NCBI GenBank assembly: GCA_964608215.1
Contig: CAZSMV010000002.1
Location: 1,913-65,912, forward strand
Source of the DNA: an uncultured Staphylococcaceae bacterium
Lineage (GTDB): Bacteria > Bacillota_I > Bacilli_A > RFN20 > CAG-826
Direction of reading: 5' to 3'
Length of the DNA: 64,000 bases
In this document: piece by piece, positions 8,824 through 18,387 of the stretch
Numbering within the stretch: the first letter of the stretch is position 1
Layout of the letters: every line of letters begins with the position of its first letter
Translations under genes and position numbers: made by a program
Notes under the pieces: generated by a model
Database searches by the model: none
What the model saw: only the letters and a program-made list of their open reading frames with translations
Told to the model about the DNA's origin: nothing

Positions 8824-10419
8824 ATGAAAAATAAAATCGCCAAAGTTTTACTTTCATCTATAATAATTTGTGGAATGTGTTCTTGTAATAATTCAAATAG
8901 TTCTGAATATGTAATTGATGATGAAAATTTAAAAATTACGGAAAAGTATAATAACAATCAAACTTTTTATGAGATTTTTGTTGGTGCTTTTTCTGATTCT
9001 AATGGAGATGGTATTGGCGATTTAAGAGGAGTAATAAATCGTTTAGATTATTTAAATGATGGAGATCCAAATAGTGGAAAAAGTTTAGGTGTTACTGGAA
9101 TTTGGCTAATGCCTATTTTTAAATCGCCAAGTTATCATAAATATGATGTCATAGACTATTATCAAATTGATCCAAATTATGGAACACTTGATGATTTAAA
9201 AGAATTAATAAGTGAATGTCATAAAAGAGGAATTACTTTAATTATTGACTTACCTATAAATCATACTTCAAGTCAAAATATATGGTTTTTGAATTTTAGT
9301 AGTGATTTACGAAAAGGTAATTTAACTGATAAATATGCAAATTATTATACAAAATGTACTTCTAGTGAAAAGCCAAGTGGAAGAACTTTTAAAGATGTTA
9401 GTGGTAGCAACTATATGTATGAATGCAATTTTGATTCTTCGATGCCAGAACTTAATTTTGACAATGGAGATGTTAAAAATGAAGTTTTAAATATTGCTCG
9501 CTATTATTTAGAACTTGGCATTGATGGATTTAGGTTTGATGCAGCAAAATATATATATCTTGGAGATAATAAGCAATGTATTGATTTTTGGAGTTGGTAC
9601 ATGACTGAGCTAAGAAAAATCAAAAGTGATATTTATTGTGTAGCTGAAGTTTGGGACGGAGTTCAAATAATAAAAGATTATTATAGTTCGGTCGATTGTT
9701 TTGATTTTTCTTTTTCACAATCTGAAGGTTTAATATCAGTAACTGCAAAAGGCGGCAATGTATCAGCGTATATTTCAAATTTGATTTCATATAATGAGGA
9801 TATAAAAAGTAAAAATAGTGCAAATGTCATGGCTCCATTTATTTCAAATCATGATATGGATCGAGCAGCAGGATTTTTAACATTAAGTTCTGGAAATGCT
9901 TATAGTGCAGCATCTTTACTTTTACTTACAAATACAACACCTTTTATATATTATGGAGAAGAAATAGGCATGAAAGGTTCTAGAGGTAGCGCAAATACTG
10001 ATGCAAATCGTAGACTTGCAATGCTTTGGGGAGACGATGATACTGTTAAAGATCCAACTGGCACAACATATTCCAAAGATAAACAAACAAATGGGACTGT
10101 AGTTGAACAACTTAAAGAAAAAGAAAGTTTATATAATCATTATAAGAAATTAATTATGATGAGAAATTATAATAAAGAAATTAGTAATGGGACTTATGAA
10201 GTTATTGAATTAAATGCACCAAGCTATGTCGGAGGTTTTATTGCTAGACTCGATGATTCTTCATGTATGGTTGTTCATAATACCGGAAATGAAGAAGTTG
10301 AAATTGATTTATCATCATATGAATATAATAAAATAAATTCATATGCTGGAATAAATTCTGCCTCATTAAATAATAAGGTGTTAAAATTAGGTGGAAAGAC
10401 GTCAGTTGTTTTAAGATAA
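8824..10419 (+). CDS. GH13 alpha-amylase-family lipoprotein
   Basis: It has a signal peptide with Cys residues (SSIIICGMCSCNN). GH13 regions are GDGIGDLRG, DLPINHTS, GIDGFRFDAAKYI (nucleophile Asp), VAEVW (acid/base Glu) and FISNHDMDR. Confidence 0.85.
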   Translation: MKNKIAKVLLSSIIICGMCSCNNSNSSEYVIDDENLKITEKYNNNQTFYEIFVGAFSDSNGDGIGDLRGVINRLDYLNDGDPNSGKSLGVTGIWLMPIFKSPSYHKYDVIDYYQIDPNYGTLDDLKELISECHKRGITLIIDLPINHTSSQNIWFLNFSSDLRKGNLTDKYANYYTKCTSSEKPSGRTFKDVSGSNYMYECNFDSSMPELNFDNGDVKNEVLNIARYYLELGIDGFRFDAAKYIYLGDNKQCIDFWSWYMTELRKIKSDIYCVAEVWDGVQIIKDYYSSVDCFDFSFSQSEGLISVTAKGGNVSAYISNLISYNEDIKSKNSANVMAPFISNHDMDRAAGFLTLSSGNAYSAASLLLLTNTTPFIYYGEEIGMKGSRGSANTDANRRLAMLWGDDDTVKDPTGTTYSKDKQTNGTVVEQLKEKESLYNHYKKLIMMRNYNKEISNGTYEVIELNAPSYVGGFIARLDDSSCMVVHNTGNEEVEIDLSSYEYNKINSYAGINSASLNNKVLKLGGKTSVVLR

Positions 10420-10437
10420 AAGGAGATAAAGAAAACT

Positions 10438-12411
10438 ATGAAATCAAAATTTAAGTTTTTGGCTACTTGCGGCTTTGTTGGAACTTTGCTTTTTTCGTGT
10501 GGAGGAAATAATTCAGACCCTCAGCCAAATGAATATAGTCAAAAAGAAAATGTAGAATCGAGTCTCTATATTAAGAAAGTCGATTTGAGCGATGATTTTA
10601 TTAAGGGAATGGATGTTTCTCAAGTCATTAGTTTAGAGAACAGTGGCGTTAAATATTATAATTTTGAAGGCGAAGAAGAAGACGTTTTAAAAATTCTCGC
10701 TGATTATGGTATTAATTATATTCGTGTAAGAGTTTGGAACAATCCTTTTGATTCTAATGGACATGGTTATGGTGGTGGAAATTGTAATATTGATACTGCT
10801 GTAGAACTTGGCAAACGTGCAACAAAGTATGGCATGAAGATGCTTGTTGATTTTCATTATAGCGATTTTTGGGCGGACCCATCAAAGCAAATGGTTCCTA
10901 AAGCCTGGAAAGATATGGATATAGAAGCAAAAAAAGAAGCAATATATTCTTATACTTTTGAATCTTTAACAAAACTTAAAGAGGCTGGTGTAGCTGTTGG
11001 TATGGTTCAAATTGGAAATGAAATTAACAATGGATTAGCAGGCGAAAAAGTTTGGTTTAATAAAGCGATGCTTATGATTCAAGCTAGTAAAGCATGTAGA
11101 GAAGTATATGCAAGTGCAAAGATTGCTGTTCATTTTGCAAATCCAGAAAAATCTGATCAATATAAAAGTTATGCATCTAAGCTCAATTACTATAATTTAG
11201 ACTATGATGTCTTTGCTTCAAGTTATTATCCATATTGGCATGGAACATTAGAAAATTTAAAAGACACTTTAGACTACGTTAGCGAAACATATGATAAAGA
11301 TGTTATGGTGGCTGAAACCAGCTATGCATTTACAACGGTTGATACTGATTTTTATGGAAATACAATTGGAGAAGGCGGAAGTGTTTATCAACCTCATCCT
11401 TATACAATTCAAGGACAATCCAATCAACTTGTAGATGTGATTGAAACTGTAAGCAATATGAAACGTGGAATTGGCGTTTTCTATTGGGAAGGTTGTTGGA
11501 TTAGTGTTGGTGGCAATAGTTATGAAGAGAATTTAGCTTTATGGGAAAAATATGGTTCAGGATGGGCATCAAGTTATGCAAAAGAATATGATCCAGATGA
11601 TGCTGGACAATATTATGGAGGAGATGCAGTTGATAACCAAGCATTCTTTGATGAAAAAGGGAATGCTTTAGAATCATTAAAAACTTGGTCGTTAGTAAAT
11701 AAAGGAAATAAAGTTGATCTTAAAGTTGATGCGATTGAAGATGTTTCGTGTTCTTTTGATTTAAATGGCGAAATTGAATTGCCAACTAAAGTTAATGCTG
11801 TTATGAATGATGGTTCAAAACAAGAAGTAGATGTAGTTTGGAATAATGTAGATAAAGAAGCTATGAAAAATGGTGGAGTTAAAAAATATACTATTAAGGG
11901 TGTTGCTGGCGGAATGGAAGCAACTTGTTACGTTTCAATGATTGAATACAATTTCTTAACAAATTATAGTTTTGAAGATGGGGAAACGGGTTGGATGTTT
12001 AATAATATTAGTGGTAAAACTGAAGAATTGTGTGTTGAAGATAAATCCACTGATTCTTTAACTGGGAAAAAACATGGCCATTTCTGGAGCGAAGCAGCTG
12101 ATGCAACTGAATTTAGTATTGAACAAAAAGTTGAAAATTTAGCGACAGGAAAATATAAATTTGGAATTTCAATAATGGGTGGAGAATGTGGCGATGATTA
12201 CACAGCTTATTTATATGTAAAGATTAATGGAAGTATAGTTGCTCAAAAATCTTTATCAATTACTTCCTATGGGAATTGGGATTCAAAGATGTCTGATCCA
12301 TTTGACTATAAATCTGGAGATGAAATTGTTGTTGGAATTTATGTAAAAGTACCTAATGCTAAGAATTGGGGTAAAATTGATGATGCTTTATTAAATTCTG
12401 TAAAAGGTTAA
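10438..12411 (+). CDS. GH53 arabinogalactan endo-beta-1,4-galactanase lipoprotein with C-terminal accessory domains
   Basis: The lipobox is LLFSC. GH53 motifs are YIRVRVWNNP, VDFHYSDFWADP, QIGNEINNG (acid/base) and VAETSYAFT (nucleophile). About 250 aa of C-terminal Ig/CBM-like extension follow. Confidence 0.85.
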   Translation: MKSKFKFLATCGFVGTLLFSCGGNNSDPQPNEYSQKENVESSLYIKKVDLSDDFIKGMDVSQVISLENSGVKYYNFEGEEEDVLKILADYGINYIRVRVWNNPFDSNGHGYGGGNCNIDTAVELGKRATKYGMKMLVDFHYSDFWADPSKQMVPKAWKDMDIEAKKEAIYSYTFESLTKLKEAGVAVGMVQIGNEINNGLAGEKVWFNKAMLMIQASKACREVYASAKIAVHFANPEKSDQYKSYASKLNYYNLDYDVFASSYYPYWHGTLENLKDTLDYVSETYDKDVMVAETSYAFTTVDTDFYGNTIGEGGSVYQPHPYTIQGQSNQLVDVIETVSNMKRGIGVFYWEGCWISVGGNSYEENLALWEKYGSGWASSYAKEYDPDDAGQYYGGDAVDNQAFFDEKGNALESLKTWSLVNKGNKVDLKVDAIEDVSCSFDLNGEIELPTKVNAVMNDGSKQEVDVVWNNVDKEAMKNGGVKKYTIKGVAGGMEATCYVSMIEYNFLTNYSFEDGETGWMFNNISGKTEELCVEDKSTDSLTGKKHGHFWSEAADATEFSIEQKVENLATGKYKFGISIMGGECGDDYTAYLYVKINGSIVAQKSLSITSYGNWDSKMSDPFDYKSGDEIVVGIYVKVPNAKNWGKIDDALLNSVKG

Positions 12412-12427
12412 CAAATTTAATGTGATT

Positions 12428-12463
12428 GTTCGAATTTAAAATTTAGTGATTTTAAATTCGAAC
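12428..12463. repeat. Perfect 14-bp inverted repeat hairpin after the GH53 gene, with no U-tract
   Basis: GTTCGAATTTAAAA-TTTAGTGA-TTTTAAATTCGAAC. Confidence 0.6.
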
Positions 12464-12648
12464 ATAAAACCTAAAAAATTGATTGTTAGTACACTGATAT
12501 GTTGTTTGTTCAATATATGTTTTTTCTTATATGAAAATTTTAAGTTATCATTTATTAACTTTAAATATTATTGATACAATCAAATCTTTTAAAATTTAAC
12601 TTAAAAATTTCTTTAATTTAAATTTGGTATGAAATTACCTTTTTTTAT

Positions 12649-12677
12649 TTGACTAATGAGTGTTATATATATATAAT
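12649..12677 (+). promoter_or_regulatory. Near-consensus sigma-A promoter of the galactan ABC transporter operon
   Basis: TTGACT (12649-12654), a 17-nt spacer and TATAAT (12672-12677). Confidence 0.65.
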
Positions 12678-12689
12678 TTTTACGAAGAA

Positions 12690-12703
12690 TGTAAGGGCTT
12701 TCA
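12690..12703 (+). promoter_or_regulatory. cre-like/LacI-family operator just downstream of the promoter
   Basis: TGTAAGGGCTTTCA has one mismatch to the cre consensus TGWAANCGNTNWCA. The same box variant occurs upstream of the mannan SBP gene (44882-44895). Confidence 0.5.
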
Positions 12704-12774
12704 AAACTATGATTAATGACGTCTATTCTTAACATAGTTTAAGAAGTTTTACACTCTAAAAGGAGATTAAGATA

Positions 12775-14331
12775 ATGAAAAAGTTTTTAAGATGTTGTAG
12801 TTTAGCCGCTATGGCTCTTGCTTTAGCAGCATGTGATGGTGGTGGAAATAGTGGCGATTCTGGAAATTCAGTTAAAGAATTTAGTGCTACAATTTGGGTT
12901 TCTGAAACTTCTGGTGTTTCCGAATTAACACAAAAGCAAATTGATAAATGGAATGAAACCAATGGTAAATACAAAATTAATGCAACCATTGAAGGAATTT
13001 CAGAAGCAAATTCGGCAAGTCAAATGTTAACTGATGTTGAATCTGGTGCAGATATTTATTGTTTCGCACAAGATCAAATGAATCGTTTAATTACTGCTGG
13101 TGCTTTAAACCAATTAGGTACTGCAGCAAGCACATTTGTTAGTGAAAATAATAATGCTCCTTCGGTTAGTGGAGCGAAAGTTAATGGTCAAATTTATGCT
13201 TATCCAATCACTGCTGATAATGGTTACTTTATGATGTATGATAAGAGAGTCATAAAAGAAGAACATTTAAATAGTTTAGAAGATATAGTTGCTGATTGCG
13301 AAGCTGCTGGTAAGAACTTCTCAATGGAAAATGGAACGAGTGCATGGTATCTTGCTTCATGGTTCTTTGGAACTGGTTGTAAATCTAATTGGACAACCGA
13401 TGCTGATGGCAACTTTGTTTCAATCGATGATACATTTAACAGTGAAGCTGGTCTTATTGCTATGAGAGGTATGCAACATCTTGTTAAATCATCATGTTAT
13501 AATTCTTCAAGTGCTGCTTCAGAATTTGGTGCTGCTATTCCTTCTGCTGTTTTAATTTCAGGAACATGGGCAGTTAAAGATGTTAAAGACATTATTGGTG
13601 ATAATCTTGGCTGTGCTAAACTTCCATGCTTTACTGTTGATGGGAAACAATATCAAATGGGTTCATACTCAGGTTATAAATACATGGGTGTTAAACCACA
13701 AGCTGATAATGAAAAGAGTGCTGCTTTGAATCAATTAGTTCAATATTTATCAGGTGAAGAATGTCAACTCGAAAGATTTAACGAATTTGGTTGGGGACCA
13801 TCAAATAAAGTTGCTGCTTCTTCTGATGCAGTTAAAGCCGATGAAGCTCTTTCAGCTTTGTTTGCTCAATCACCATATTCAATTCCACAAGGCCAAATCC
13901 ATGGTTCATGGTGGGATATTGCCAAAGTTTTAGGTGTAAACGCAAAAGAAGCTGAAAAAGATGATAAAGCTGCTTTACAAGCTGCTCTTGATACATATAA
14001 GGCTGCTATTGATGCTCTTTTCTCAATGAGTGATGAAGAAAAAAGAACATTTACAGTTATTGGTACACTTAATGGAACTAGTTGGAATACTGATTTTGCA
14101 ATGACTGAAACAGCTAAAAATTCAAATATTTGGGTTTCTAATGATGTATTTGTTATTACTGAAGAATCAATTTCTAAAGGCGAAAACGAATTCAAATGCC
14201 GTCAAGGTAAATCATGGGATGTAAGTTTTGGCAAAGATGGTGAAAATTATAAAATTACTGAAACAGGATCATATAAAATTCAATTAACATTTGATGGAAC
14301 AAATGGTGTTGTTGAATTACTTAAACAATAA
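12775..14331 (+). CDS. Sugar ABC transporter substrate-binding lipoprotein (CycB/GanS/MalE-like) with a C-terminal beta-sandwich extension
   Basis: The lipobox is LALAAC, followed by a G/S linker and a family-1 SBP core. About 100 extra C-terminal aa follow (GTLNGTSWNTDFAM...NEFKCRQGKSWDVSFG...). Confidence 0.85.
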   Translation: MKKFLRCCSLAAMALALAACDGGGNSGDSGNSVKEFSATIWVSETSGVSELTQKQIDKWNETNGKYKINATIEGISEANSASQMLTDVESGADIYCFAQDQMNRLITAGALNQLGTAASTFVSENNNAPSVSGAKVNGQIYAYPITADNGYFMMYDKRVIKEEHLNSLEDIVADCEAAGKNFSMENGTSAWYLASWFFGTGCKSNWTTDADGNFVSIDDTFNSEAGLIAMRGMQHLVKSSCYNSSSAASEFGAAIPSAVLISGTWAVKDVKDIIGDNLGCAKLPCFTVDGKQYQMGSYSGYKYMGVKPQADNEKSAALNQLVQYLSGEECQLERFNEFGWGPSNKVAASSDAVKADEALSALFAQSPYSIPQGQIHGSWWDIAKVLGVNAKEAEKDDKAALQAALDTYKAAIDALFSMSDEEKRTFTVIGTLNGTSWNTDFAMTETAKNSNIWVSNDVFVITEESISKGENEFKCRQGKSWDVSFGKDGENYKITETGSYKIQLTFDGTNGVVELLKQ

Positions 14332-14347
14332 TTAAACTTAGTTTCTA

Positions 14348-14390
14348 AGATAATTAGGCTGTTTATTTAAACGGCCTAATTATCTTTTTA
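14348..14390 (+). terminator. Intra-operon hairpin/attenuating terminator after the SBP gene
   Basis: A 12-bp stem AGATAATTAGGC/GCCTAATTATCT is followed by TTTTATT. Confidence 0.65.
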
Positions 14391-14410
14391 TTAAAAAAAG
14401 GAGACAAAAT

Positions 14411-15934
14411 ATGAAATACTATAATATCTCCGATTTAGACTATCTACGTTTAAACAAGTGGCAAAAGTTCTTATGTAATTTCATAGGATTCTTTGTTGGA
14501 ATAGGACATTTCTTTAAGCGTTTAGGATTGAAAATTGGGAGAGGTTGCAAAAAACTATTTTTCAAGTTTATTGATGAAGTAAAACTCATTTTTGAAACTA
14601 TTGTAAAAGGTTCTTGGAAGAGTAGAGTCTCAACTGTGATTATGGGATTTGGAAATCTTTCTAGAAAACAATGGGCAAAAGGACTTTTATTTTTAATTTT
14701 TGAAATTGTTTTTGTTGGTTATATGGTTCTTTATGGCGGATATTGGTTATCTAAATTTTCATCTTTAGGTACAGTTTCAACTTCTAAAGTCTATGACCCA
14801 GAGCTCGATGTTTTTGTAACAGTTGCTGGTGATGATTCATTTAAGATTTTACTTTATGGGTTAATAACAATTTTGTTCATAGTCGCATTTATTGTGACGT
14901 GGTCAATCAATATGCATCAATGTCATCTTTTAGATAAAATTGAAAGAGAAGGCAAAAAAGTAAAGAGTAACAAAGAAGATTTAAGAAGTATGGTTGATGA
15001 TGAATTTCATAAAACTTTGCTTGCTTTACCAATATTAGGTATATTGTTCTTTACTGTTATGCCTATTATTTTCATGGTTTTAGTTGCTTTTACTAACTAT
15101 GATGTTAACCATGATGGATATGCTAATTTATTTACTTGGGTTGGCTGGTCTAATTTTAATACATTATTATCATTTACAAGTGGCAGTAACTTCATGGTAA
15201 CTTTTGGTGAAGTTCTTTCATGGACATTAATTTGGGCTATTTTTGCAACATTTACGAACTATTTCTTTGGTATGCTGGTTGCTATGCTTATTAACAAAAA
15301 AGGAATTAGATTCAAGAAGATGTGGAGAGGAATTTTAGTTTTAACTATTGCTGTTCCACAATTTATTTCTTTACTTTATGTTTCTAAAATGTTCTCGCTT
15401 AATGGTATTGTTAATGGAATTATCACTTCATTAGGTGGAACACGTGTTGATTTCTGGGGTACTACATGGCTTGCAAGACTTATGGTTATCCTTATTAATA
15501 TTTGGATTGGCATTCCTTATTTAATGCTCATATGTACAGGTGTTTTAATGAATATTCCTAAAGATTTATATGAATCTGCAAAGATTGATGGAGCTAATGG
15601 ACTTCAACAATATGCAAAGATCACATTACCTTATATGCTTTTTGTTACTGGTCCATATCTATTAACTCAATTTATTGGAAATATTAATAACTTCAACGTT
15701 ATTTATTTACTTACTGGTGGTCTTCCAACAAAGATTAATGGTGTAGTTAATGGAACTGCAACTGGTGATACTGATTTATTAATCACATGGTTATTTAATA
15801 TGGTTACTGGTGCAAATCCAAGTTATTACACAGCATCAATTATTGGTATTTTAATCTTTATTGTTGTATCAATTTTATCTTTGATTGTTTATAACGTAAT
15901 GCCATCAACTAAAAATGAGGAGGATTTCTCATAA
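14411..15934 (+). CDS. Sugar ABC transporter permease (MalF/GanP-like)
   Basis: 507 aa and polytopic. The EAA-like loop is YESAKIDGANGLQQYAKITLP. Confidence 0.85.
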   Translation: MKYYNISDLDYLRLNKWQKFLCNFIGFFVGIGHFFKRLGLKIGRGCKKLFFKFIDEVKLIFETIVKGSWKSRVSTVIMGFGNLSRKQWAKGLLFLIFEIVFVGYMVLYGGYWLSKFSSLGTVSTSKVYDPELDVFVTVAGDDSFKILLYGLITILFIVAFIVTWSINMHQCHLLDKIEREGKKVKSNKEDLRSMVDDEFHKTLLALPILGILFFTVMPIIFMVLVAFTNYDVNHDGYANLFTWVGWSNFNTLLSFTSGSNFMVTFGEVLSWTLIWAIFATFTNYFFGMLVAMLINKKGIRFKKMWRGILVLTIAVPQFISLLYVSKMFSLNGIVNGIITSLGGTRVDFWGTTWLARLMVILINIWIGIPYLMLICTGVLMNIPKDLYESAKIDGANGLQQYAKITLPYMLFVTGPYLLTQFIGNINNFNVIYLLTGGLPTKINGVVNGTATGDTDLLITWLFNMVTGANPSYYTASIIGILIFIVVSILSLIVYNVMPSTKNEEDFS

Positions 15935-16905
15935 TGTCAGTTAATGAATCTTTAAAATTAAAAAAGCTTGTTAGTTCAGCCAAAAAAGAAAACAAAGAAG
16001 CCAAAAAAGAAGAAATTAATGTTTCTCATGTTGTTGAAGGCGGACCAAAACGTCATATGGGAATGTCAACAAGTAGAATTATTACAAATACTCTTGGTTA
16101 CATTGTGCTCATTGTGATGTCAGTTATATGGTTAATTCCATTTGTTTGTTTATTCTTTGAATCATTTAGATGCGAATCTACATGGCAAGTTGGTTATATT
16201 TTCCCTCAACAATGGGGATTTGATAACTACGTTAATTTATTTACTAAAACAAATTTCCCAAGATGGTTCTTAAATACATTTATTGTTGCGTTATTTGTTT
16301 CGGTATTCCAAACCTTATTTGTCTTAGCAATGAGTTATGGTTTATCTCGTTTAAGATTTAAAGGTCGTAAGTTCTTAATGAACTTTATGTTAATTCTTGG
16401 TATGTTTCCTGGATTCTTAACTCTTATATTACTTTATAAGTTATTGAATTCATGGCATATGACAAATGAAAATGCTATTTGGGGTATGATAGTTGTTTAT
16501 GTAGCTTCTAGTGGTATGGGGTATTATGTATCTAAAGGTTTCTTTGATACAATTTCAAAATCACTTGATGAAGCCGCAAGAATTGATGGAGCTTCTCGTT
16601 TCCAAGTATTCTATAAAGTTATCATGCCTTTATCAAAACCTATCGTTATTTATACAATTTTGACCGCATTCATGGGCCCTTGGGGAGATTTCGTTTTTGC
16701 TAAATATCTCTCTCACGCTACTAGCGATGGCATGAATGTTGCTGTTGGTCTTCAAAATTTAATTTCAACGGATGCATCACTTAACTCGAACTATACAATG
16801 TTCTGTGCTGGTGGTATTGTTGTTGCTCTTCCTGTAACCATTCTCTTTATGTTCTTACAAAAGTATTATGTTGAAGGCGTTACTGGTGGTGCTGTTAAAG
16901 GATAA
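15934..16905 (+). CDS. Sugar ABC transporter permease (MalG/GanQ-like)
   Basis: The EAA loop is LDEAARIDGASRFQVFYKVIMPL. Its start overlaps the upstream stop (ATAATG). Confidence 0.85.
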   Translation: MSVNESLKLKKLVSSAKKENKEAKKEEINVSHVVEGGPKRHMGMSTSRIITNTLGYIVLIVMSVIWLIPFVCLFFESFRCESTWQVGYIFPQQWGFDNYVNLFTKTNFPRWFLNTFIVALFVSVFQTLFVLAMSYGLSRLRFKGRKFLMNFMLILGMFPGFLTLILLYKLLNSWHMTNENAIWGMIVVYVASSGMGYYVSKGFFDTISKSLDEAARIDGASRFQVFYKVIMPLSKPIVIYTILTAFMGPWGDFVFAKYLSHATSDGMNVAVGLQNLISTDASLNSNYTMFCAGGIVVALPVTILFMFLQKYYVEGVTGGAVKG

Positions 16906-16922
16906 TATGATAGGAGAAATTT

Positions 16923-18254
16923 ATGGCTACTGTAAAATTAACAAATGTTAAGAAAGTATATCAAGGTGGAGTTGTTGCAGTTGATAACTTTAATCTTGAT
17001 ATAAAAGATAAAGAATTTATTGTTTTTGTTGGACCATCTGGTTGTGGTAAATCTACAACATTAAGAATGGTTGCTGGTCTTGAAGATATTAGTGAAGGAA
17101 CTGTTGAAATTGATGGCGAAGTTGTAAATGATTTACAACCAAAAGACCGTCATATTGCAATGGTTTTCCAAAACTATGCTTTATACCCACATTTAACTGT
17201 TTTTGAAAACATGGCTTTTGCTTTGCGTTTACAAAAAGAACTTGTCCCTAAAAAAGATAAAGATGGGAATACAATTGTAAAAGTAGATCAAAAGAAAATA
17301 AAAAAATTAAGAAGAGAATTTAATAAAGTTTCAAAAGATAAGAAATTATCTGAAAAAGAAAAAGAAGATTTATGCAAAGATATTTCCAAAAAAATTGAAA
17401 CTCTTGAGAATAATCCAGAAGTTGAATATGAATATCGTAAATTAGATAACGATGAAATTTATAAGAGAGTTACTAATGCTGCAGAAGTGTTAGGTATTAC
17501 TGAACTTTTAATGCGTAAGCCAAGAGCTTTATCTGGTGGTCAACGTCAAAGAGTTGCTATTGGTAGAGCCATGGTTAGAGATTCAAAAGTATTTTTAATG
17601 GATGAACCATTATCTAACCTTGATGCTAAACTTCGTAACCAAATGCGTGCTGAAATTATTCTTTTAAGAAAGAAAATTGATACAACATTCATTTATGTTA
17701 CCCATGATCAAACTGAAGCTATGACTTTAGGTGATAGAATTGTTATTATGAAGGCTGGTTTAATTCAACAAGTTGGTACTCCTACTGAGGTATTTGAGAT
17801 GCCAAAGAACCTATTCGTTGCTGAATTTATCGGTGCTCCAAAAATGAACATTTTCAAGACTAAATTAGTCGAAGAAAAAGGAAAATACTTTGTTACACCT
17901 TATGGATCAAAAATTGAAGTTGATGGCGAAAAAGGAAAAAAACTTAAAGAAAGAGGAGTTAAATCATGCGATATTTTCCTTGGCGTAAGACCAGAACATA
18001 TGTTTATTGCTAAGGAAAAAGGACCACACACCATTACAACAACTCTTGAAGTTAATGAAATGATGGGTAGTGAACACCATTTACATTTAGTTACTAAAAA
18101 TGGTGAAAAAGTTATTTTGAGGGTTCCTACTTTAAATTTAACTACTGAAGAAAGAGCTGCTTTGGTTCCCGGAAAAGAAATTTACATTACATTTGGTGGA
18201 AACGTTATGCATTTCTTTAATAAAGAAACAACTAATAACTTATTAGTTGATTAA
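16923..18254 (+). CDS. MalK/MsmX-type sugar ABC transporter ATPase with a K/E-rich insertion in the helical subdomain
   Basis: Motifs are [19 protein letters not shown]-loop [24 protein letters not shown], Walker [13 protein letters not shown] and VTHDQ. There are 99 aa between FALRL and LSGGQ. Confidence 0.9.
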   Translation: MATVKLTNVKKVYQGGVVAVDNFNLDIKDKEFIVFVGPSGCGKSTTLRMVAGLEDISEGTVEIDGEVVNDLQPKDRHIAMVFQNYALYPHLTVFENMAFALRLQKELVPKKDKDGNTIVKVDQKKIKKLRREFNKVSKDKKLSEKEKEDLCKDISKKIETLENNPEVEYEYRKLDNDEIYKRVTNAAEVLGITELLMRKPRALSGGQRQRVAIGRAMVRDSKVFLMDEPLSNLDAKLRNQMRAEIILLRKKIDTTFIYVTHDQTEAMTLGDRIVIMKAGLIQQVGTPTEVFEMPKNLFVAEFIGAPKMNIFKTKLVEEKGKYFVTPYGSKIEVDGEKGKKLKERGVKSCDIFLGVRPEHMFIAKEKGPHTITTTLEVNEMMGSEHHLHLVTKNGEKVILRVPTLNLTTEERAALVPGKEIYITFGGNVMHFFNKETTNNLLVD

Positions 18255-18290
18255 TAAAATAACCATTTGATAAAATCAAATAAAATCAAA

Positions 18291-18317
18291 AAAGGATAGG
18301 ATGAGCCTATCCTTTTT
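18291..18317. terminator. Bidirectional terminator between convergent genes
   Basis: AAAGGATAGG-ATGAGC-CTATCCTTT is flanked by an A-run and a T-run. Confidence 0.7.
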
Positions 18318-18387
18318 GCATTGTTTATAAACTAAAATCTGATGACCAAAAAATTACAAATGACCAAAAGATACTAAATACTAATAA

